A stretch of DNA of 64,000 nucleotides from Octopus vulgaris (Eukaryota). The stretch is taken from positions 96,782,001 to 96,846,000 of the forward strand of contig OX597815.1 in NCBI GenBank assembly GCA_951406725.2, written 5' to 3'. The first letter of the stretch is position 1. The number at the start of each line of letters is the position of its first letter. Of this stretch, positions 56,285-64,000 are shown piece after piece. A program made the translations under genes and the position numbers. The notes beneath the pieces are model-generated. The model had not been told where the DNA came from and ran no database searches. It saw only the letters and a list, made by a program, of their open reading frames with translations.

Positions 56285-56894
56285 TATATACATTTATACA
56301 TGCTAATAGAGAGATAAGAAAGATTGAAAATTTTCAGACAAGGAATATTCAAGAATAATACATAAATATTTATATATTAATAAAGGAAACTTACACAGAG
56401 CACAATGCATAGAAAAAGAGAGCGGAGAAGGTATGTTGCTACATCTCTGACAGCTGCTTTTGGGGTCTCGGAGTTACTTAATGATGGTGGCAGATGTAGT
56501 TCACCAGGATATGCATCCAGGAACGAAAGCAAATATACGTTGGATAAATGCGGCCTCCGTCTTCAAGGTGCAGACAGTTTTATCTCTTTAGAGTAGTTAG
56601 GTCTTTATCTCGCCACCCTGAATATGGAAGTCGGATTTATCAAACATCTATTTGTTTCCATTAATAGTTGCATATTCTCGTGAGTTACATCTGCCAACAT
56701 TATGAAGTAACTCCGGGACCCCAGAAAATGGTTGCTTGTTACAACATGCCTTGTAACAACATGCCTTGTACCCTTTCATTTTTTGTGTCCCTGACCTCTG
56801 TAAGCTTACTATATTGACATAGTCAATATCTATATATTTATACTTGAATATTCATTGTCTGGTTCTTCCATATTTACATGTATACATGTATATA
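56285..56894. repeat. Old about 600-bp foldback (long diverged inverted repeat, short loop)
   Basis: For example tggggtctcggagttacttaatgatggtggcagatgta pairs with tacatctgccaacattatgaagtaactccgggacccca. The loop is about 56575-56610. Confidence 0.8.
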
Positions 56895-57105
56895 CATACT
56901 GTATATCAGACCCAAGCTGTTTTATTTATATATTTGTATTATTCTCTCTAGAGAGAGAGAGAGATGAAAAATCACAGATTTGTTTTACAGGATTTAAGAG
57001 TATCTTAGAGCCATGATAATAAAGATATGTAATTTTGTGCAAAATAATGTTTTGTTCTTTTAACATAATTGACGAAAGGACCAGTTTTGCATTGTTCATC
57101 AAACT

Positions 57106-57180
57106 GAGAGTTGAAAGAGAAAAATTGTTAGAGAGTTGAAAGAGATAAATTGTTAGAGAGTTGAAAGAGATAAATTGTGA
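57106..57180. repeat. 25-bp tandem repeat, 3 copies
   Basis: (gagagttgaaagagataaattgtta)3 with small variations. Confidence 0.9.
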
Positions 57181-58426
57181 GGAGAAAAAATATTGCTGGG
57201 GAGATAATTTTTCACTCATTCATTTTGCAGTAAAGGGAAGGTGAATCTGTAATCTTTATTTATTTTATTGTGTGTTCTCTATTTTGTTCTGGCTTACATC
57301 TTCCATTAGATGAGAGAAATACTTTATTTTTAATATGGGTTCATATATTGTTTTCTGGCCCGCTTTAAAGATCAACCGATTAGCCACAAATATGACTCTA
57401 GTCTTTAACAAAGTAGTTACTCAGTTTAATATTTTCTGAAAAATATTAGGGTGACCACGACTGGAAATACTATTGTGGTTAAATAGCAGCAACATCCAAA
57501 CGACAAATGTCATTTCAGATACTAGAATTAATAATCAGATTAATAAACCATGAACTTGAATCACACCAGTTTGGAATCTAGCTACGAAACTGAAGAAATA
57601 TTTCACAATATTTAATTTAAGCGCTCAACTATAAATATCATGCAGACAATGTTTTCCAGTCGAAATATTGGACTATAAATTGTCAAAATCATACAAATAT
57701 ATGAATATAAATCGTTTTCGCCGGACAATTGCTTACTACTCATAATTCATTATTTACTTATCACCTCGAAGCTGCTTAGGTTTCAAAGAATGCTCCCATG
57801 AAAGAGAAAACAAAAAGTGACAGAAATGATTTCAATTTCCTCTGAGATATCATACAAACATCCATTCAACATTTATCAAAAGATTTTTACGACCATTATG
57901 GAGCTCCGCTGACAGACTAAGCAAGGATTATCAATAACATAATGTAAAGAAAATTAATATTTCTAATAAGAAACTATATGGAAACAACAATTATTCGAGA
58001 AAAGCCATAAATATTTTAATAGAAATTTTTACTTGTTTGAAATGAGGGTTTATATCCGTTTCAAGTAAAATTAGCTCACCACATTCCACATAGATGAAAT
58101 ACGCAATTATCATTCGCTAATCCTCTTTGCGCACACAAATGAACGCACGCACACACACACACACATACACAAAAACACATACAACAATCACAACACACTC
58201 GTTCACACATGCATACATATTCGCATGCACAAACACCACTACTTTGTGTCTTACTCCATAGAAGTAGTGGTAAATTAATTTGACTTACAGAATTATTATG
58301 TAATGTATACTTGTGCTTATTTTACCACGTGTGATTAATGAATTGTGTGCAAATATACAATATATTTAGTACACGTGAAATACTGTGTCATTCGTTGTAT
58401 AGAATTATCAATAATCATTTCAGATT

Positions 58427-59092
58427 TACGAGGGGAAGTCAAAAATTATCCACACTTTCGCCATACCATATCTGTATTAATGTCACACTGCCTTCTAGGC
58501 ATGCGTGCTTATAGCTGGTACTATTGTGGTCAGATGATCGGTTTGACCCTGATTTCGCCATCATTCTTTCTGGCTTTACTGTGTAAGCATGGTCGCTCCA
58601 TTAGCAATGTGCACCAAAGAACTACAAAGAGCAGTTAGCCACGAGATGGTAATGATGAGCTGTTTCACTATTTCCACGCCTCGAGTTTGCTGATCTTCTC
58701 GTCAGTGGTGGAGACTGACGAGTGTCCTGCTCCCTCTTCGTGCGTCACGCTTCTCCGACCACTTCTAAACTTCTCGATCCACTCATACATACATCAAAGC
58801 GCTAGTGCATTGGCACCGTATTTTGTTATAAGGCACCGATATATTTCAGCACTTGACACACCTTCCGACCAGAGAAATCGTATCACTGCACTTTGCTCCA
58901 CTTTGGTGCACATTGCTAGAGGAGCAGCTAAGCTTACACTGTAAAACTAGAAAGAAAAGTGGCGTGATCAGGCTCAAACTTCGATCACGTGACCACAATA
59001 GTACCAACTATAAACACGCATGCGCAGAGGGCAGTGTGACAATAAAAATATGTTATGGTGAAAGTGCGGATAAACTTTGACTTACTGTGTTA
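58427..59092 (-). mobile_element. Internally deleted mariner with about 210-bp inverted ends
   Basis: TIR tacgaggggaagtcaaaaattatccac. Minus-strand peptides MCTKVEQSAVIRFLWSEGVSSAEIYR and EWIEKFRSGRRSVTHEEGAG are the mariner HTH N-terminus. Confidence 0.85.
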
Positions 59093-60856
59093 TATAGCTA
59101 TGGTTCAGATTTATAAATTTCTCATGATCTAAATATATGAAAATATAAACTTATTTCCATAGTTCGCTTTTTAGACATATTACCAATCGTTTATCGACAA
59201 TTTATTCAAGGATTCAGTGTATTTCGCTGCATCAATTACATGCAAGAATGAAATGGAAATGGAAATGGAAATGTTAATGCTTGTCAGGAAATCAGTTTTA
59301 AAATACGTGATATGAGAACGAATTTACAATTTTAAAAATCCTCTAGCACATCGATCAGTAGATATTTACGATTCAGCGGATGTCACAATTTTTTTTTTAT
59401 GTTTAAAATCTATTAAATATCACGAAAGAGAAAATATACACCAGGCGCAAATAGGTATTTGCCTTCTAAACTGTTATTAAATTTGGAGAAATCCAGCCCT
59501 GAACAAAGTGATTGAACGAAGGAATAATACTCTAGGATAATTACTCCCAAATATAGCATCATTCTATGAAATTTCCTTAACATTACAATTTAATTAAAAT
59601 AACTCGATTTTTTTTCCCTTATAAAGAAAACAACTCACTTAATTACATGCGTGCTAGATGAAAATGCCTCGAAATATAAAGCACAGCATTCCCGAAATCA
59701 AGTCAATATTCTCGAAAAATACAAAATAATGCATTAGAGCTTGGTGAAATATGTTATAAGCCTGAAAGGAGAGAAAACAACTAACAACAGCAAAAATAGA
59801 AGGCATACCTCATAGGTAAGAATGTCCTTCAAAAAGGCTGTAGCAAGTTTTTCATCAAATAAATCACTCATCATTACCATTAATTTCCTAGTTATACTCG
59901 TAATAAAACACTTAACTAGAATACAGTTAAAATTTCTTGCACAATCCGTAAAACCCACCCATAGGAAAAACCAAAATATAAAGGGATTGAACATTTCCCT
60001 TCAGAGTGACGAAGCCACGATTATCTACATTTTGTTGTGTTTTGATGTAAAACAAATACGTAAACTGAAATTCAATAAAATGAGTGTTTTTTTCAGTAAA
60101 TATTTGACAGACCATATGAACAAAGAAAAAGCAAACTAACACTACGCTCGTCTAATAATGACTTACGAAGACATTGTTACGATTTGTATCGAATCATTTC
60201 ATAATGCATTATACATATTCTTTTGGTGAGTGCGCGTGAAAATCATATGTTTATCATGTTGACTGTTATTGAAGCAAATATACGTGTCTCCGACTTTAAA
60301 CCAGTCCTTTTCCATAATAGCATCGCAGCATAGAAGAATATTTGAATCTTGAGATTATTTCCGTTTTCATGTTGAGCTAGTCTTAATTGGCATTTGGTAA
60401 TTATAGTGCAGACGGCTATAATTGTACTAACGCAAGCATTTATATTGCATAGTGCGCCAAATACCTGCATATGACTATGTTTATAACAAGCCTGTCTTTT
60501 TCCTGAAAGACTTGCAAATGTGGTAAATTTTTATATCTCGATATAATCATATGTAGAGCTGCTTTTGTTTTTCACAATTTTCATACATCTACAAATTCAC
60601 AATGAGAACAGAGGGAGTTACGAACAAATATAAAAAGCAATTTTAATAAATCATCAAATATATTTTGTATGGTATTTGATATACTTGTATTTGTCTCGGA
60701 TTTTCTAATACATGTCACTAGTTATTTCGCTTACATCATCTTATTTGTTTAAGTTACACAGACACACACATACAGGGATACTGATATCCAAACACAAACC
60801 CCACATTCACGCACACATACACACATACATGTATATTTAAGTATATGAGAGAGTAA

Positions 60857-60915
<59 letters not shown>

Positions 60916-61006
60916 CATATATATATATATGCATATATGTGTGTACTTATATACATACATATATATATGCATATATGTGTGTATTTATATACATATATAT
61001 ATATAT

Positions 61007-61251
61007 ATAGGAGAAAAGCAACAAGAATGGATTAAAATCTCGGTACGATCGTTTCGTACGAGGACATCTTTAATAAAATGTCCTCGTACGAAACGATCGT
61101 ACCGAGATTTTTATCCATTCTTGTTGCTTTTTTCCTATTTGTAATCACCCCACTGTCGTATGGTTAACACCATATAGATTTCCGGTGCATCCTAGTTAAG
61201 GACCATATTCATGTGAATTCTTTAGAATTCACTAGAATCTCAATTACTTAA

Positions 61252-61254
<3 letters not shown>
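61007..61254 (+). mobile_element. Penelope-like fragment with inverted 5' head and hammerhead 3' half, between TA tracts
   Basis: Hairpin 61007-61138. GAAA-CGATCG-TA-CCGA at 61090-61105 has palindromic helix III. Subterminal hairpin gtgaattct/agaattcac precedes (TA)n. Confidence 0.6.
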
Positions 61255-61313
<59 letters not shown>

Positions 61314-61326
61314 GTATATATATGTA

Positions 61327-61452
<126 letters not shown>

Positions 61453-61464
61453 CATAGATATATA

Positions 61465-61593
61465 CGACGGGCTTTTTCAGTTTCCGTCTACCAAATCCAC
61501 TCACAAGGCGTTGGTCGGCCCGAGACTATAGTAGAAGTGCCACGCATGTGGTTCGTAAGCAAGCTACTTATCACAGATCTACTCCTACGCCTA
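61465..61593 (-). mobile_element. SINE family 1 fragment
   Basis: cgacgggctttttcagtttccgtctaccaaatccactcacaagg... matches 6490-6655. Confidence 0.75.
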
Positions 61594-62161
61594 TTATTAT
61601 TATTATTATTATTATTATTAGTATGCACGCCTTTTTTATTTCCACTACTTATAACTTTCCTATCGAAATTCTAATACAACTAGAAATAGAAAACAATCAT
61701 ATTAAGAATACGAAAATTGAAATGGTTCATAGATTAATTGAAACGAGAAAAAATGTTAGTTCGTTATGAACATTAATGAGAAGAAGAAATTGTAGGCACA
61801 GGAGTGGTTGTGTGGTGAGTAGCTTGCTTACCAAGTAGCCTGCATACTTACCATGAGACTTTGAGACTTCTCATGAGTCCTTGTTGTAAGTGTGCGCATG
61901 TGTCAGTGTGTTGTGCGCTGAGGAAAATAGCCGACAGTTTTTTAGCATGCCAAAAGCAGCTACTGCAAGGTAAGGCTTTTCTCTTGGACCCAGTGAGAGT
62001 CGTTGATGTGCTTCTATGTTTTACAAACTGGGAATCCTCCCTGGATTCTGGATGCATACACACACACATAGACATACAAATGCACACACGCACACGTATA
62101 TATACATACACATATATATATATATATATAATATATATATACATATATATATATATATATG

Positions 62162-62192
<31 letters not shown>

Positions 62193-62224
62193 ATATGTAT
62201 ATATATATGATATGTATATATATG

Positions 62225-62255
<31 letters not shown>

Positions 62256-62264
62256 TTTATTTCT

Positions 62265-62612
62265 TTTATTTTATTTTATCTAGTTTCAGCTCACGAGCTG
62301 TGGCCATGCTGGGGCACCGCCATTTGGTGTTGCTACATGATTTTACTTCACGAATACTTTTTAGCAACTGCCATTTGGTGCATGAGAGAGTTCGATGCAG
62401 CTGCCCTCATCTGCACCTCCTGCCGTGAACTTGGTTCATCCGGGACACCTGACAGGAAGAGATTCAGTCCTACTTTAAAGACATCCGCATCCACCCCATG
62501 CAGGTCCCTCAGGTTCTTCGGGAGGATATTGAAGAGATGTGGGCGTCTGAAGCCAAGGCTATCACAATATCTTGTCCTACATCTTGATGGCAAATTTGGA
62601 GTCCTTGGCAAT
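62265..62612 (-). mobile_element. Short 5'-truncated copy of a CR1-group LINE
   Basis: PSRCRTRYCDSLGFRRPHLFNILPKNLRDLHGVDADVFK..LSGVPDEPSSRQE is homologous to ORF 31370-31807. The tail is (taaaa)n. Confidence 0.9.
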
Positions 62613-62616
62613 ATAT

Positions 62617-62697
<81 letters not shown>

Positions 62698-62707
62698 GTA
62701 TATGTGT

Positions 62708-62865
62708 AACAACATCTCAATCGTTGACGATTTCCTTCCGTCTTCACTTCTATTGGACTTTCCTCTTTTTCTGAAGAAGAGCTGGAAACGTTAAAGCATC
62801 TTTCTTTCATTCCTTGAACGTCTGCTAATACATTACGTGTATTGTGTTTCTTCTTTTTGGGATTC

Positions 62866-62868
<3 letters not shown>
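62708..62868 (+). mobile_element. Family A insert with hammerhead-like motif
   Basis: TTTT-CTGAAGA-AGAGCTG-GAAA-CG-TT-AAAG at 62767-62796. It is homologous to 474-681 and flanked by microsatellites. Confidence 0.5.
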
Positions 62869-62907
<39 letters not shown>

Positions 62908-64000
62908 GTTTGTATGTGTTGTTGCACCACTGTCACGTTCGTAATCCACAAGTTTTTGGTTTGCATGCTTGTGAAGCTCTAGTCTGAAATCTAAAGAAGT
63001 GAAATAGAACTTCCAATACTTCAAGGAATAGTCCAAATCACTCCCTTAGGTCACGTAGTTTACTTTGTTTACTAATAATGCCATAAATGAATTACAAAAT
63101 ATAAGCTTAATATGTTCCTATTTATGAGTATTCACGTAATTGTGTGTTTGCGTATGTTTGTGATTCTGCATGTGTATTCTCATGTATGTGCACATATGTC
63201 AATGAGTGTATGTGCGTGTGTGTGTGTGTGTGTGTGTGTGCGTGTGTGTGTGTGAGTGTTGGTTGGTAGGTTTCTACATGTATGTCTGCTTGTACTGATA
63301 TGTTTTACACTCGTTTTACTTTTCATGTTTTTATTCTGCTGTTTAAGTTTAGAGAAAGCCCAGACAATAAACAACCACATGTTTTCTTTTTTTATCACAA
63401 TGCCCTAGTTATTATACGAATGTAATTCCTTCATCAATGTATTCTTTTTCTTGCGTAATTCACCAGCTGTTGATCAATATATCAGCTTCTGTAAAATATG
63501 TTACATAGTTTGTGTATTAAAGACTAGAAATATTTGTATGAACTCAAAATAAGCTGTCATCATTCTACATAAGGTGTGTTCCTTTTGCTGGCATGCAAAA
63601 AAGAGTTTCTCGGTGAATATTATGCTTGGTGTGTACAGTAAACAATATCTCGTATCGATTCTTCTTATTATCTATCTGTAACTGTAAAGTTGGGTAACAA
63701 TGTTATCATATATTACATGGTATATAATCTGGATAAATATTTACATGATTGAATACACAGTTTTGCAGACTAGCAGAAACACGGAAAAATCTTTTTTTAT
63801 TTCTTATCATGTAAATACTCTGTGTGTTATATTATTAGAGAAAATATTCAATGCTATATATCTTATTTTAGATTTGTAAATCGTTGATGGTATTAAAGAA
63901 TGCGTGAGATCAAGCATAACACAATTTTTAATATCTAAGCCAGACTACTGATACATTGTATGTTTTCTTCAATGTCTGCTTTTCTTTTCTACTCAAATAT

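Overview
This is AT-rich eukaryotic non-coding DNA, saturated with (TA)n, (CA)n, (GA)n, (TATC)n and trinucleotide microsatellites. The repeat families resemble those I associate with cephalopod (Octopus-like) genomes, which is an inference from recall, not a search. No intact host gene is supportable, and most ORF-track entries are microsatellite artefacts. Identifiable content: decayed Tc1/mariner transposons, a CR1-like RT LINE joined to an L1/Tx1-like ORF1, RTE and Dong/R4 LINE remnants, tRNA-derived SINEs, a complete non-autonomous Helitron, and a 1.9-kb foldback element with an 8-bp TSD. The most notable signal is a set of short non-coding inserts in or beside (TA)n tracts. They carry minimal type-I hammerhead ribozyme motifs with palindromic helix III and occur as tandem or inverted copies. 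The best case is a 561-bp tandem unit with an inverted head at 41.25-42.65 kb. This suggests several families of Penelope-derived, retrozyme-like elements associated with TA microsatellites. All alignments and folds were done by eye, and boundaries of degraded elements are approximate.
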